Assembly (NCBI GenBank): GCA_963847225.1
Contig: CAWJYZ010000005.1
Coordinates: forward strand, 745,648 to 809,647
Length of the DNA: 64,000 bases
DNA from: an uncultured bacterium
Lineage (GTDB): Bacteria > Chloroflexota > Dormibacteria > Aeolococcales > Aeolococcaceae
Reading direction: 5' to 3'
Part shown: piece by piece, positions 1 to 10,329 of the stretch
Layout of the letters: each line of letters opens with the position of its first letter
Position numbering within the stretch: position 1 is the stretch's first letter
The notes under the pieces: model-generated
Database searches by the model: none
The model's input: the letters and a program-made list of their open reading frames with translations, nothing else
Told to the model about the DNA's origin: nothing
Made by a program: the position numbers and the translations under genes

Positions 1-89
1 CCCCTTCTCGAGCATCTCGACCGCCTCGGCGTCACCGAGAGGGTCGACTCCCAGCGCCGCCGGCTGCGCCCCGCGTCCCGCCCTTCGCC

Positions 90-908
90 CTAGCCTGCCG
101 TGACGGCGATGCGCTGGTGTCCCGCGTAGACGTTCATGTCCTCGCCCCGGAGGAAGCCGACGAGGGTCATGCCCACCTCCTGGGCCAGCTTCACGGCCAG
201 GTCGGAGGGAGCCGAGACCGCGGCGATGCAGGGAATCCCTGCCATCAGCGCCTTCTGGGTGAGCTCGAAGCTGGCCCGCCCCGAGGCCAGGATGATGTGG
301 CTGGTGAGCGGCAGCCGGCCCGCCGTCGCGGCCCATCCGATCACCTTGTCGAAGGCGTTGTGCCGGCCCACGTCCTCTCGGACGCAGAGGAGCTTTCCGT
401 GAGCGTCGAAAAGCCCGGCGGCGTGGAGCCCGCCGGTGCGCGAGAACTGGCGCTGGGCCTCGCGAAGCTGGACCGGAAGGCTGGCCAATAGCGTCGTGGA
501 GACGCGCAGCGGATCATTCTGCACGGGATGGCGGCTGAGTGTGCGCACGCTGTCGATGCTCGCCTTGCCGCAGATACCGCAGGAGGAGGAGACGTAGAAG
601 TTGCGGGTGGCGGGCGCGGCCTGCGGCGCCGCGCGGAGGGAGACCTCCACGACGTTCAGTGGTCCGGAATCGGCGCCGCTCTGCGGACACATCCGCATCG
701 AGGCGATCTCCTCGGCGCCTCCGATGATCCCCTCGGTGACCAGGAATCCCGCGGCCAGGTCGAAGTCATCTCCCGGGGTGCGCATGGTGACGGAGATCGG
801 GACACCGCTGACCCGGATCTCCAAGGGCTCTTCGGCCGAGAGCTCGTCGGTGGTCCAGGCCGCGGAATCCCCTCCGAGGCGGAGCACTCGCTGGCGCGTC
901 GACGGCAT
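90..908 (-). CDS. fdhD: Formate dehydrogenase accessory sulfurtransferase FdhD
   Basis: Motifs SSCGICG and GRHNAFDK are typical of FdhD. The start is placed at the ATG giving MPSTRQ; the track ORF extends further upstream. Confidence 0.8.
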   Translation of the reverse strand: MPSTRQRVLRLGGDSAAWTTDELSAEEPLEIRVSGVPISVTMRTPGDDFDLAAGFLVTEGIIGGAEEIASMRMCPQSGADSGPLNVVEVSLRAAPQAAPATRNFYVSSSCGICGKASIDSVRTLSRHPVQNDPLRVSTTLLASLPVQLREAQRQFSRTGGLHAAGLFDAHGKLLCVREDVGRHNAFDKVIGWAATAGRLPLTSHIILASGRASFELTQKALMAGIPCIAAVSAPSDLAVKLAQEVGMTLVGFLRGEDMNVYAGHQRIAVTAG

Positions 909-1277
909 CCTGGTGCACAGTGTGTCAGGGATGACGGAAGGCGCAACCACGACGCAGGGCGGCGCGGATCTCCTGGAGCAGATTGCCGCCGCTCTCGGCT
1001 CTCCGGGTGGTGGCACCCTCTCCCCGCGGCCTCGGGCCCTCCTCCTCCGCCTCGCCCGCGACATTGCCCACACCGGTGAGCGCCAGGATGCCCCGCTGGC
1101 CAGCTACCTCATCGGCCGCTTCGTGGAGCGGCGGCGAACCGCCGGAGTGCCCGAGGAGGAGGCCCTCCGGGAGGCGGCGACGCTCATCGAGGGTGTCACC
1201 TCCAGGGCTGCCGGCGAGGCCGGTGCCAAGGACGCGCCGCATGACCATGCGGCGGGCGGCGAGGCCAGCGCACCGGG

Positions 1278-1898
1278 GTGACCGCCAGCCATCGGAGAGG
1301 GCGGCCCCTCGCGGGGGCCGTCATCTGCGGGGGGCGCAGCTCACGGATGGGCGCCGACAAGCTCTCCATCGAGGTCGACGGTGAGCCGCTCCTCGACCGC
1401 GCCCTGCGCCGCCTGGGCGAGGTCGCGGAGCCCCTCATCATCTGCGCCGGGACGCGCGCCATCGAGCGCCCCGGCTGCCGTCTCGCCTTCGACCCGCATC
1501 CCGATCGCGGGCCCCTCGGCGGGCTGGTCGCCGCTCTCGGCGCCTCACCGCATCCCCTCTGCTCCGTCGTCGCCGTCGATATGCCGGAGCTGAGCCCGTC
1601 CCTCCTTCTCTCCCTTGCCGCGCTCTGGCATGGCGAAGACGCCGTCGTCCCCCTTGCCGCCGGGCGGCCCCAGCCCCTCCACGCGGTGTATGCGCGCACC
1701 GCCCTGGCCGCCGCCGAACGGCATCTCGAGGGGCCCGACCTGTCTCTCCTGGCCCTCCTCCGTGAGCTCCGTGTGCGCTGGGTGGACGCCGAGGAGCTGG
1801 AGGCGCCCCGGGCTGCTCCCCGATGGTGGCGCAGCCTCGACACTCCCGCCGACCTGACCCGCTGGCGGGCCGAGCGCCGGGTGTCGGTGGGACCATGA
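1278..1898 (+). CDS. mobA: Molybdenum cofactor guanylyltransferase MobA
   Basis: N-terminal GAVICGGRSSRMG nucleotide-binding motif, ~200 aa. Divergent from fdhD. Confidence 0.75.
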   Translation: MTASHRRGRPLAGAVICGGRSSRMGADKLSIEVDGEPLLDRALRRLGEVAEPLIICAGTRAIERPGCRLAFDPHPDRGPLGGLVAALGASPHPLCSVVAVDMPELSPSLLLSLAALWHGEDAVVPLAAGRPQPLHAVYARTALAAAERHLEGPDLSLLALLRELRVRWVDAEELEAPRAAPRWWRSLDTPADLTRWRAERRVSVGP

Positions 1899-3358
1899 GT
1901 GCTGCACAGCGATCGCCGAGGGGGAGGAGGCGCATGGCCGCGGAGTTCACCTACGACGTCGTCGTCATCGGGGCCGGTTCGACCGGGGAGAATGTCGCGG
2001 AACGCGCCGTCAAGGGTGGTCTCACCGCCTGCGTCGCCGAGGAGGACCTGGTCGGCGGCGACTGCTCCTACTGGGCCTGCATGCCCAGCAAGGCCCTGCT
2101 TCGGCCGGGGCAGGCGGTGGCGGCGGCCAGGCGGGTGGCCGGGGCCCGTGAGGCGGTGCGCGGTCGGCTCGATCGCGACGCGGTCCTGCACCGTCGCGAC
2201 GGCTTCACCAATCACTGGGATGACGCCGGCCAGGTGCGCTGGTTGGAGGGCGCCCACATCGACCTTCTGCGCGGCCATGCGCGACTAGCCGGTCCGCGCC
2301 GTGTGGAGGTGACCGGGGACGGCGGCACCAATGTCCTCTCCGCCCGCCACGCGGTGGTCCTGGCCACCGGGTCGGAGCCCGCTCTCCCCCCCGTTCCCGG
2401 GCTGGACGCCGCCCGGCCGTGGACCACCAAGGAGGCCACCAGCGCCAAGGAGATCCCGGCGCGGCTCGCCGTCCTCGGCGGTGGTGTTGCCGGCTGCGAG
2501 CTCTCCCAGGCGTTCGCCAGCCTGGGGAGCGCGGTGACCGTCCTGGAGATGGCCGATCGCCTCCTCGGCACCTTCGAGCCGGTGGCCGGTGAGCTGGTCG
2601 CCAAGGCCATGGAGGCGGCGGGAATCACGGTGCGCCTCGGCGCGCGGGTCGAGGGGGTGAGCCGCGATCCCCGGGGGGGCGTCACCCTCACCATCGCCGG
2701 GGGCCCCGAGGTGAAGGCCGGCGAGATCCTGGTGGCCGCCGGCCGGCGCCCCCGCACCACCGACCTCGGCCTGGGCACCGTGGGCCTCGAGCCCGGCGGC
2801 TGGGTCGACGTCGACGACAGCCTGGCGGCTCTCGGGGTGGAGGGCGGCTGGCTCTACGCCGCCGGTGACCTCAACCACCGCGTCCTCCTCACCCACCAGG
2901 GGAAGTACCAGGCCCGCGTCTGCGGCGACGCCATCGTCGCCCGCGCCCGGGGGCGGGTGACCCCCGGGGACTGGAGCCCCCACACCGCGACCGCCGACCA
3001 CCGCGCTGTCCCCCAGGTGGTGTTCACCGATCCCGAGGTCGCCGCCGTCGGCCTCACCGAGGAGCAGGCGCGCCGCGCCGGCATCCGGATCCGCACCGTC
3101 GACTACCCGCTGGGCAGCGTGGCCGGGGCCTCGCTGCTCGCCGACGGCTACGAGGGTCGGGCCCGGATGGTCGTCGACGAGGATCGCCGCGTCCTGGTCG
3201 GCCTCACCCTGGTGGGGCAGGATGTCGCCGAGATGCTCCACGCCGGCACGGTCGCCGTGGTCGGCGAGGTTCCCCTCGACCGCCTCTGGCACGCCGTCCC
3301 CTCGTACCCTTCCATGAGCGAGGTGTGGCTCCGCCTCCTCGAGGCCTACGGGCTGTAG
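1895..3358 (+). CDS. FAD-dependent pyridine nucleotide-disulfide oxidoreductase (dihydrolipoamide dehydrogenase / flavoprotein disulfide reductase-like)
   Basis: FAD-binding VVVIGAGSTG and redox-active GGDCSYWACMPSK (CxxxxC). A second Rossmann motif and a C-terminal dimerisation region (YPSMSE) are present. The start is chosen at the ATG overlapping the mobA stop (ATGA); an alternative is 1934. Confidence 0.7.
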   Translation: MSAAQRSPRGRRRMAAEFTYDVVVIGAGSTGENVAERAVKGGLTACVAEEDLVGGDCSYWACMPSKALLRPGQAVAAARRVAGAREAVRGRLDRDAVLHRRDGFTNHWDDAGQVRWLEGAHIDLLRGHARLAGPRRVEVTGDGGTNVLSARHAVVLATGSEPALPPVPGLDAARPWTTKEATSAKEIPARLAVLGGGVAGCELSQAFASLGSAVTVLEMADRLLGTFEPVAGELVAKAMEAAGITVRLGARVEGVSRDPRGGVTLTIAGGPEVKAGEILVAAGRRPRTTDLGLGTVGLEPGGWVDVDDSLAALGVEGGWLYAAGDLNHRVLLTHQGKYQARVCGDAIVARARGRVTPGDWSPHTATADHRAVPQVVFTDPEVAAVGLTEEQARRAGIRIRTVDYPLGSVAGASLLADGYEGRARMVVDEDRRVLVGLTLVGQDVAEMLHAGTVAVVGEVPLDRLWHAVPSYPSMSEVWLRLLEAYGL

Positions 3359-3381
3359 CCGGGGGGACCTATCCTCCTCGG

Positions 3382-4893
3382 GTGAGCACCGGCCCCAGCA
3401 CCTCGGGCCCGCCGGCCAGCAACCCCGCGCCGCGTGCCCCGGAGCGCCCCATCCACACCGGCCTGGCCCTCACCGTGGTGATGACCGGCGTGCTCATCAC
3501 GGCGGTTGACACCACCATCGTCGTGCTCGCCCTCCCGGCGATGCGCGCGGGCCTCCAGGTCGGGCTCTCCTCGGTGGTGTGGGTGGTGATCGGCTACCTC
3601 CTGGTCATCACTCTCCTGGCCACTCAGGTGGGCCGGCTCGGCGACATGTTCGGCCGGGTGCGCATGTACGAGGCCGGCTTCCTCGTCTTCATTCTCGGCT
3701 CTGCCCTCTGCGCCCTCTCCTGGAACAGCAGCTCGATCATCGGCTTCCGCATCCTGCAGGGTATCGGCGGGGCGCTGGTCACCTCCAACAGCGGGGCCGT
3801 GATCGCCGACATCTTTCCTCCCCAAAGGCGAGGCCGCGCCTACGGTTTCAATGCCATCGGCTGGAGCCTGGGGGCGGTGGTCGGCATCATCCTCGGAGGG
3901 GCCATCGTCACCTATCTCTCCTGGCGCTGGATCTTCTGGATCAATGTCCCCATCGGCCTCGGCGCCGTGGCCCTGGCCGTTCGCGTCCTCCACGACGTGG
4001 GACAGCGCCGCCAGCACCACCTCGACATCCCGGGGATGGTGACGCTCGGCCTCGGGCTGTACGGGATCCTGTGGGCGGTCACCGAGCTGGCCACCACACC
4101 GATCGATGCGGCGCTCATCGGGTACCTCGCCGGGGGCCTTGTCTGCCTCGCTCTCTGCGCCTTGATCGAATGGCGCCAGAGCGAGCCCATGATCCGCCTC
4201 TCGCTGCTGCGCATCCCCACCATGACCCCCTCCCTCCTCGCTTCGTTCTTCCAGGGTCTCGCCAACTTCGCCGTGCTCTTCCTGGTCATCATGTATCTGC
4301 AGGGTCCGCGCCGGCTCTCCCCCATCGACGCCTCCCTTCTGCTCGTCCCCGGCTATGTCGTGGGCGGCAGCGTCGCGCCCTTTGCCGGGCGCCTTGCCGA
4401 CCGCGTCGGCGCCGTGGTCCCGGCGACCTTCGGGCTGGCGGTGCAGGTCATCGCTCTCGTGATCTACGCGCAGCTCGGCTTGACGACCGGCCTCTGGCTG
4501 GTGGTCCTGGGCAGCATCGTCAATGGCATCGGGGCCAGCTGCTTCTTCCCCGCCAACACCTCGGCGGTGATGAAGGTTTCGCCTCCCGAGCTCTTCGGGG
4601 TCTCCTCCGGGATGCTGCGCACCTTCGCCAATGTCGGCATGGTCTTCTCCTTCTCCATGGCCATCCTCCTCGCCTCCCGCACCATCCCCCAGCAGGAGGC
4701 CTTCGCCATCTTCGTCGGCACAGCCTCCCTGCACGGCCCGGTGGCGGCGGCGTTCACCGACGGGCTGCACGCGGCCTTCTACGGTTCCATGGCGCTCATG
4801 GTGGTGGCGGCCCTTCTCTCCGCCACCCGGGCCGCCCGCTCCCCTAGTTCCGTGGGGCTGCGGCGCGAACCGGCTTCCGCAGCGGAACGCTGA
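3382..4893 (+). CDS. MFS transporter (DHA2-like, ~14 TM)
   Basis: Long hydrophobic protein with MFS signatures (GRLGDMFGRVRMYEAGFLVFILGS). The GTG start is uncertain; an alternative ATG lies ~3481. Confidence 0.7.
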   Translation: MSTGPSTSGPPASNPAPRAPERPIHTGLALTVVMTGVLITAVDTTIVVLALPAMRAGLQVGLSSVVWVVIGYLLVITLLATQVGRLGDMFGRVRMYEAGFLVFILGSALCALSWNSSSIIGFRILQGIGGALVTSNSGAVIADIFPPQRRGRAYGFNAIGWSLGAVVGIILGGAIVTYLSWRWIFWINVPIGLGAVALAVRVLHDVGQRRQHHLDIPGMVTLGLGLYGILWAVTELATTPIDAALIGYLAGGLVCLALCALIEWRQSEPMIRLSLLRIPTMTPSLLASFFQGLANFAVLFLVIMYLQGPRRLSPIDASLLLVPGYVVGGSVAPFAGRLADRVGAVVPATFGLAVQVIALVIYAQLGLTTGLWLVVLGSIVNGIGASCFFPANTSAVMKVSPPELFGVSSGMLRTFANVGMVFSFSMAILLASRTIPQQEAFAIFVGTASLHGPVAAAFTDGLHAAFYGSMALMVVAALLSATRAARSPSSVGLRREPASAAER

Positions 4894-5119
4894 GACGGAC
4901 GCGGCGAACCGCCGCCGCGCCCCACTGCGGGGTCTCCTCGGGGAGCGAGCGCGCCCGGCCCAGCGGCTTTCCCATGGCCTCCGCGTCAGCCGGCCGCGGC
5001 GATGGCGATGGGCGCCGCCTTGTCGATCGGAGAGCCGTAGATGCCCGTGGAGATCGAGGGTGCGGCGACGCTGCGGCAGCCGCGCTCGCCGGCCAGGCGG
5101 AAGGCGGTGCGGTAAGCGG

Positions 5120-6376
5120 CTACTCCTCGCAGCGTGCGAAGGCCAGGCAGGAGTTGTGGCCCCCGAAGCCGAAGCTGGTGGTGATGGCCAGGTCGACACG
5201 CGCCGACCGCCCCCGGTTGGGGACGTAGTCCAGGTCGCACTCGGGGTCCGGGTCGTCGAGGTTGATCGTCGGCGGCACGAACTGATCACGGATGGCGAGC
5301 ACCGAGAAGATCGCCTCCACCCCACCCGCGGCGCCGAGGAGGTGACCGGTCATCGACTTCGTCGAGCTCATCGGCACCGTCGCGGCTCGATCCCCCAGGG
5401 CCGCTTTGATGGCGCGGGTCTCCGCGGTGTCGTTGAGCTGCGTCGAGGTGCCGTGGGCGTTGATGTAGTCGACCTCTCGGGGTGTGCGGCCGGCCCGACG
5501 CAGCGCCCGCTCCACGCTGCGCGACGCGCCGAGGCCGGCGGGATCCGGCTGGACGATGTCGCAGGCGTCGTCGGTGGCTCCGTATCCGACCAGCTCGGCG
5601 TAGACCCGAGCCCCGCGCCCGACGGCGTGCTCCCACTCCTCGAGGATGACCATCCCGGCGCCCTCGCCGATGACGAAGCCGTCCCGATCGCGGTCGAAGG
5701 GGCGCGAGGCCCGCTGCGGCTCGTCGTTGCGGGTGGAGAGCGCCTGCATGGCGTTGAAGGCGGCGAGGCTCAACGGGGTCAGGCAGGCCTCGGCACCGCC
5801 CGCGATCACGGCCACGGCGTCACCCCGCCGGATCCACTCGGCCGCCTCGCCGATGGCGTGCCCTGACGACGCGCAGGCCGAGACGATCGCGAAGTTCGGG
5901 CCGCGGGCGCCGAACTCGATGGCCACCCTGCCCGCGGCCATGTCGGTGATCATGGCCGGGATCGTGAACGGCGAGACCCGTCGGGGCCCGCCCTCGTGGA
6001 GGCGGAGCACCATGTTCTCCAGCCACTCGACGCCCCCGATGCCCGAGCCGATGAGGACGCCAACCTCGTCCCCGATGGAGCGGACCTCGAGGCCGGAGTC
6101 CAGGACGGCCTGCCGGGCGGCCGCCATGGCCAAGGCCGCCGATCGCGAGCTGCGGCGGGCGTCCTTGGGGCCGAGGTGCTCCGCGGGGTCGAAGTCCTTG
6201 ACCTCCCCGGCGAACCGCGTGGCCAGTGGGGAGGCGTCGAAGAGGGTGATGGGCGCGATCCCCGAGACTCCCCGCCGGCAGGCATCCCAGGTGGAGGCGA
6301 CGTCCGGTCCCAGAGGGGTCAGCGCCCCGAGTCCCGTCACCGCGACCCGGACCCGCCCGTTGCCGTTGCTGCTCAT
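5120..6376 (-). CDS. fabF: 3-oxoacyl-ACP synthase II (KAS II)
   Basis: N-terminus [16 protein letters not shown]; the active-site Cys/His/His context and a C-terminal ...HNSCLAF tail typical of FabF/KasA. The start ATG (MSSNGNG) overlaps the fabI stop. Confidence 0.85.
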   Translation of the reverse strand: MSSNGNGRVRVAVTGLGALTPLGPDVASTWDACRRGVSGIAPITLFDASPLATRFAGEVKDFDPAEHLGPKDARRSSRSAALAMAAARQAVLDSGLEVRSIGDEVGVLIGSGIGGVEWLENMVLRLHEGGPRRVSPFTIPAMITDMAAGRVAIEFGARGPNFAIVSACASSGHAIGEAAEWIRRGDAVAVIAGGAEACLTPLSLAAFNAMQALSTRNDEPQRASRPFDRDRDGFVIGEGAGMVILEEWEHAVGRGARVYAELVGYGATDDACDIVQPDPAGLGASRSVERALRRAGRTPREVDYINAHGTSTQLNDTAETRAIKAALGDRAATVPMSSTKSMTGHLLGAAGGVEAIFSVLAIRDQFVPPTINLDDPDPECDLDYVPNRGRSARVDLAITTSFGFGGHNSCLAFARCEE

Positions 6377-7236
6377 CGCTCTCCCTGCTCCTCCCCGGAG
6401 GGTGCGGGCGTCGGGCCCGGCACCAGCGGTGCACCCAGGCAGTGGTAGCCGCCATCGACGTGAAGCATCTCCCCCGTCACGGCGCGGCTCAGGTCGCTGA
6501 GCAGGAAAACCGCGGCGTCGGCCACCGGCCCGGCGTCGCCGCTGTCCCACCCGAGCGGTGCCACCCGCTCCCAGGCGCCCTTGAGGCCCATGAGGGAGGG
6601 GATGGCCCTGGCCGCGATGGTCTCGAGAGGGCCGGCGGAGATGGAGTTGACCCGCACTCGGCGCGGGCCGAGGTCCCGGGCCAGATAGCGGACGATCGCC
6701 TCCAGAGCCGCCTTCGTCGGTCCCATCCAGTCGTAGAGGGGCCAGGCGACGGTGGCGTCGAAGGTGAGGGTGACGATCGAGCCGCCCCGGGCGGGCATCA
6801 GCGGGGCCAGCTCCGCCGCCATGGTCTTGAGGCTGAAGGCGGAGACGTGCATCGCCGTCGCCACGGATTCCCAGGGAGCCGTGAGGAACCGCCCCCCGAG
6901 GGCGTCGTCGGGCGCGAAACCGATGGCATGGACGGCCCCGTCGAGCTCTCCCCAGCGGCGCCGGACCTCGGCGGCCACGGCAGCGACCTGATCGGGACGG
7001 GTGGCGTCCATCTCCAGCACCGGTCCGGCGACACGCAGACGGCGAGCGCTGCGCTCGGTCAGGCTCATGGCCCGGCCGAAGGAGGTGAGGAGGACCTCCG
7101 CGCCCTGGCGGAGGCAGGCTTCGGCGATGGCGTAGGCGATGCTCTTGGGGGTGAGCACGCCGGTCACCACGAGACGCCGGCCCTCGAGGAGCCGGGCCGA
7201 CGGCGAGGCGGTGGGGGTTGGCTCGGTCACTGCCAT
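6373..7236 (-). CDS. fabI: Enoyl-ACP reductase (NADH), FabI/InhA-like
   Basis: LLEGRRLVVTGVLTPKSIAYAIAEA closely matches the InhA/FabI N-terminus, in an SDR fold of ~285 aa. Confidence 0.8.
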   Translation of the reverse strand: MAVTEPTPTASPSARLLEGRRLVVTGVLTPKSIAYAIAEACLRQGAEVLLTSFGRAMSLTERSARRLRVAGPVLEMDATRPDQVAAVAAEVRRRWGELDGAVHAIGFAPDDALGGRFLTAPWESVATAMHVSAFSLKTMAAELAPLMPARGGSIVTLTFDATVAWPLYDWMGPTKAALEAIVRYLARDLGPRRVRVNSISAGPLETIAARAIPSLMGLKGAWERVAPLGWDSGDAGPVADAAVFLLSDLSRAVTGEMLHVDGGYHCLGAPLVPGPTPAPSGEEQGER

Positions 7237-7294
7237 GGGGCGCAGAGCTGGAATCGCTGGGCGCTTGGCGGGTTACGCCGCGGCGCGGCTGGAT

Positions 7295-8116
7295 TCATCC
7301 CCTCTCGACCCTCTCGACGATGGCGAGCATACGCTGGTGCCAGGCCGGCGCTCCGGCGAGAATGTCCCCGCTCTCGAAGACGGCGCGCTCGTCGCCGTGC
7401 CAGTCCGTGACGACGCCGCCGGCCTCGCGGACGAGGAGCGCTCCGGCCGCGATGTCCCACAGGCCGAGGCCCAGCTCGAAGAACCCGCTCCAGACCCCGG
7501 CCGCCGTCTCCGCGAGATCCAGTGAGGCGGCCCCGTCCCGGCGCAGGTCCTCCATCTCGGCGAGAGCCGGCTCCATGACGGCGAGATAGCGGTCCCTCCA
7601 CTCGGGGTGGCGGAACGGGAAACCGGTGGCGGTCACCCCGGTGGCGGGGCTCGAGCTCAGGTCGAGGCGCCGGCCGCGGCGGTCGTAGGCGCCCTCGCCG
7701 AGGATCGCCGTCCAGCGTCGCCCCAGCTCGGGTGCGGCGACGACCCCGACCACCGGCTCTCCCGCCTCGATGAGGGCCACGCTCACCCCCACCACCGGGT
7801 AGCCGCGCACGAAGTTGGTGGTGCCGTCCAGGGGATCCACGACCCACATCCGCGCCGCCCGCTCCCCTCCGGATTCCTCGGCGAGGACCCCGATCTCCGG
7901 GGTCGCCATGCGCAGGATGGCGACCGCCGCGGACTCCGCCTCGCGATCGACGGAGGTCACCCAGTCACCGTGGCCCTTGACCTCGGCCGGATGGGGCAGC
8001 CCGCTGCTCCGGGCGGTGACGATGACCCGCCCGGCCGCCTCCGCCGCGGCGGTGGCGACATGGAGCAGGTCGGTCCTGCGGCGTGGGACGGGGGGCGCGG
8101 CTGCCATCCGCTGCAT
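7295..8116 (-). CDS. suhB: Inositol monophosphatase family protein (SuhB-like)
   Basis: Contains the WVVDPLDGTTNFV metal-binding motif and the overall IMPase pattern. Confidence 0.75.
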   Translation of the reverse strand: MQRMAAAPPVPRRRTDLLHVATAAAEAAGRVIVTARSSGLPHPAEVKGHGDWVTSVDREAESAAVAILRMATPEIGVLAEESGGERAARMWVVDPLDGTTNFVRGYPVVGVSVALIEAGEPVVGVVAAPELGRRWTAILGEGAYDRRGRRLDLSSSPATGVTATGFPFRHPEWRDRYLAVMEPALAEMEDLRRDGAASLDLAETAAGVWSGFFELGLGLWDIAAGALLVREAGGVVTDWHGDERAVFESGDILAGAPAWHQRMLAIVERVERG

Positions 8117-8220
8117 GATCGGCGATCGACCCCAACTTTCGCCTCGGGGGCCAGTCCCGCCGCCTCCGGTTGGGACCGCAGGGCCAGTCGGCGGCCACCG
8201 CGCCGCGGTACCGTGACCGC

Positions 8221-9255
8221 GTGCCCGCGCCCATCCTCATTGGCACCTGCAACTGGCTCGACCACGACGAGTTCTACCCCCCGGAGCTCCGAGGGTCGCG
8301 CCAGAAGGAGCGGCTCGCCTTCTACGCCCGGTATTTCCCCATCGTGGAGATCGATTCCTCCTTCTACGGGATCCCCTCCCCCGCGACCGTGGCCGGCTGG
8401 GTGGAGCGGACCCCGGACCACTTCACCTTCAATATCAAGGCCTTCCGCAGCCTCACCCGGCACGAGAGAGAGGCAGGCCGGCCCCGCCCGCCGACCGCCG
8501 CAGAGGAACGGGATTTCGAGGCCGCGCTGCGGCCCCTGCGCGAGTCCGGCAAGCTCGGTGCTGTCCATTACCAGTTCCCACCCTGGTTCACCGCCTCCAC
8601 CGCCGCTCAAGAGGAGCTCCTGCGGGTCCGGGAGCGACATCCCGATGACGTGGTGGCCGTCGAGTTCCGTCACCGCTCCTGGTTCGAAGCCGACCGCCTC
8701 GCCCAGACCGAGGACCTCCTGGGCGAGCTCGGTTGCACCCTGGTCGGGGTTGACGCTCCCCAGATCGGCACCGGCACCGCCCCACCGCACCTCGCCATCA
8801 CCTCGCCGAGGCTCGCCCTGGTGCGCTTCCACGGCCGCAACTTCCGAACCTGGTACGCCCACACGAAGACGACCGCCGAGCGCTTCGACTACCTCTACCC
8901 GCCCAGGGAGCTGGAGCGCTGGGTGGCCCCCGTCCAGGCCGTGGCCGCCCGCGGGGTCCCGGTCCACCTCCTCATGAACAACAACCGCAGCAACTACGCG
9001 GTGGTCAACGGTTTCGACATGGCCCACCTCCTCGACGTCGACCTCCCCCGGCCGCCGGAGCCGATCCTGCGCCGCATGGCGGAGCGCGACGGCGAGGTCC
9101 CCTCCTGGACGCGCTCCGCCGCTCTCCCCCCCGAGCCGGCGCCGCCTCCGGCACGGGGCCCGAAGCCGGCCGACCCCGCCACTCCGCGCCTTGCTGTGGC
9201 AGAATCCCCCGAGCTTCCGTTCGATCCCCGGCCCTCCCAGAAGAGGGAGGGCTAG
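8221..9255 (+). CDS. DUF72 family protein (YecE-like) with Pro-rich C-terminal extension
   Basis: ILIGTCNW ... FYGIPS ... matches the DUF72 pattern. A GTG start at 8221 is chosen over the track start at 8170. The C-terminal ~50 aa are low complexity. Confidence 0.65.
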   Translation: MPAPILIGTCNWLDHDEFYPPELRGSRQKERLAFYARYFPIVEIDSSFYGIPSPATVAGWVERTPDHFTFNIKAFRSLTRHEREAGRPRPPTAAEERDFEAALRPLRESGKLGAVHYQFPPWFTASTAAQEELLRVRERHPDDVVAVEFRHRSWFEADRLAQTEDLLGELGCTLVGVDAPQIGTGTAPPHLAITSPRLALVRFHGRNFRTWYAHTKTTAERFDYLYPPRELERWVAPVQAVAARGVPVHLLMNNNRSNYAVVNGFDMAHLLDVDLPRPPEPILRRMAERDGEVPSWTRSAALPPEPAPPPARGPKPADPATPRLAVAESPELPFDPRPSQKREG

Positions 9256-9261
9256 AGGCTC

Positions 9262-9285
9262 CCGCCCGGCGTGCCGGGTTTTGGG
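9262..9285 (+). terminator. Rho-independent terminator-like hairpin after DUF72 gene
   Basis: cccgcccggcgtgccggg hairpin followed by TTTTGGG. Confidence 0.5.
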
Positions 9286-9463
9286 TCGCCGCGCGGGGCG
9301 GTAGTCTTTTCTCGACTGCCCTGATGCGCGACAATGTTCCGCGCGGGATGTCCGGTGCCCGGCAGCGTGGCTGCCCGGCGTCGTACCACCCCGAAATGCA
9401 CTGAGCACCGAGGACTCCCGCTGCCGGCTCCGCCGGCCCCGCTCTCCCCTGGAGGTATCAGCC

Positions 9464-9721
9464 ATGGCGATGGCGTCCCCCCGCCGCAATGAGCGTCTGC
9501 AGCGCCGGCCAGCGCCGGCGGGCGTCGTCACGCGCAACGACGCCGAGACCTATGAGGTGGAGGTCTCGAAGGCCCTCACCCAGTGGGCTGTCACCGTCAC
9601 CCGCCTCGCGGACGCGCAGATGATCTGTCAGGACTTCTTCAACCGCCGCTGGGAAGCGGTGGCCCGCGCCGAGGACTTCCTCCGCCTCCTCAACCGCTCC
9701 GAGCCGCCCCCAGGCTGGTAA
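9464..9721 (+). CDS. Small hypothetical protein (85 aa)
   Basis: Preceded by the SD-like ctggaggt 7 nt upstream of the ATG, with high GC3 codon bias. No recognisable domain. Confidence 0.45.
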   Translation: MAMASPRRNERLQRRPAPAGVVTRNDAETYEVEVSKALTQWAVTVTRLADAQMICQDFFNRRWEAVARAEDFLRLLNRSEPPPGW

Positions 9722-9754
9722 CGGCTCCGTCCGGCGCGCCCCGCCGCGGCGGGC

Positions 9755-10321
9755 TTATGCCGCCGGCTCGGGCTCGGCGGCCGGAAACAGCACGGCAGAT
9801 TCCTGGCTGGCCCCCTCCCGCCACACCGTGATGGCCATGCTGTCACCGGGATGGCGCGCCGCCACCGCGGTGCGGAACTGCGCCTCCCCCCCAGTCAGGG
9901 TGTACGCCCCGATGGCGGTGATGACATCGCCCGGGCGGACGCCGGCGAGAGCGGCGGGGGAACCGTCCCGCACCGGCCCCACCTCCACCCCGTAGGCGGC
10001 CGGGAGCCCACGCTGGGCGGCGATCGTCGGGGTCACCGTCCGGACCCCGGCGCCGAAGCTCACCGAGGGAAGGCTCTCCGACGCCGGGCGGGGCAGGTAG
10101 CGGCCCAGCTGCACGGGGTCGAACCCGACGATGAGGCGGTCACCGATCTGGAAGGCCGGGACGGTGACCTTGCCCAGGCGGCCGAGGAGGATGGCGCTCG
10201 CTGAGGGGTCGGTGAGGATGTCTCGAACCCGGTGCTCGACGCCCCGTTGCGCCAGGTACTGGAGGGCCGCCGCGCAGGTGGGGTCACCGGCGCGGACGAA
10301 GACGGTGACCGGCTCGCCCAT
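9755..10321 (-). CDS. Glutaredoxin-like domain fused to PDZ domain protein
   Basis: The N-terminus resembles the Grx/NrdH fold (VTVFVRAGDPTCAAALQYL ... VPAFQIGDRLIVGFD), but with a single Cys instead of CPYC. The C-terminus is PDZ-like (GVEVGPVRDGSPAALAGVRPGDVITAIG). It lies 8 bp downstream of the helicase gene on the same strand. Confidence 0.6.
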   Translation of the reverse strand: MGEPVTVFVRAGDPTCAAALQYLAQRGVEHRVRDILTDPSASAILLGRLGKVTVPAFQIGDRLIVGFDPVQLGRYLPRPASESLPSVSFGAGVRTVTPTIAAQRGLPAAYGVEVGPVRDGSPAALAGVRPGDVITAIGAYTLTGGEAQFRTAVAARHPGDSMAITVWREGASQESAVLFPAAEPEPAA

Positions 10322-10329
10322 GCCTTCCT

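Noticed and set aside
3346-5325. 659-aa ORF antisense to the MFS gene
   Set aside because: Arg/Gly/Asp/His-rich low-complexity translation opposite a clear transporter gene. Artefact.
5120-7236. fabI-fabF as an unusual fatty-acid operon
   Set aside because: The 4-bp overlap and the lack of fabD-acpP in view are notable. Gene order varies among actinobacteria, however, and nothing in the sequence itself is anomalous.
7607-8977. 456-aa plus-strand ORF across suhB/DUF72
   Set aside because: It overlaps two supported genes, and its composition (P/S/G/R) is typical of a wrong-frame read-through.
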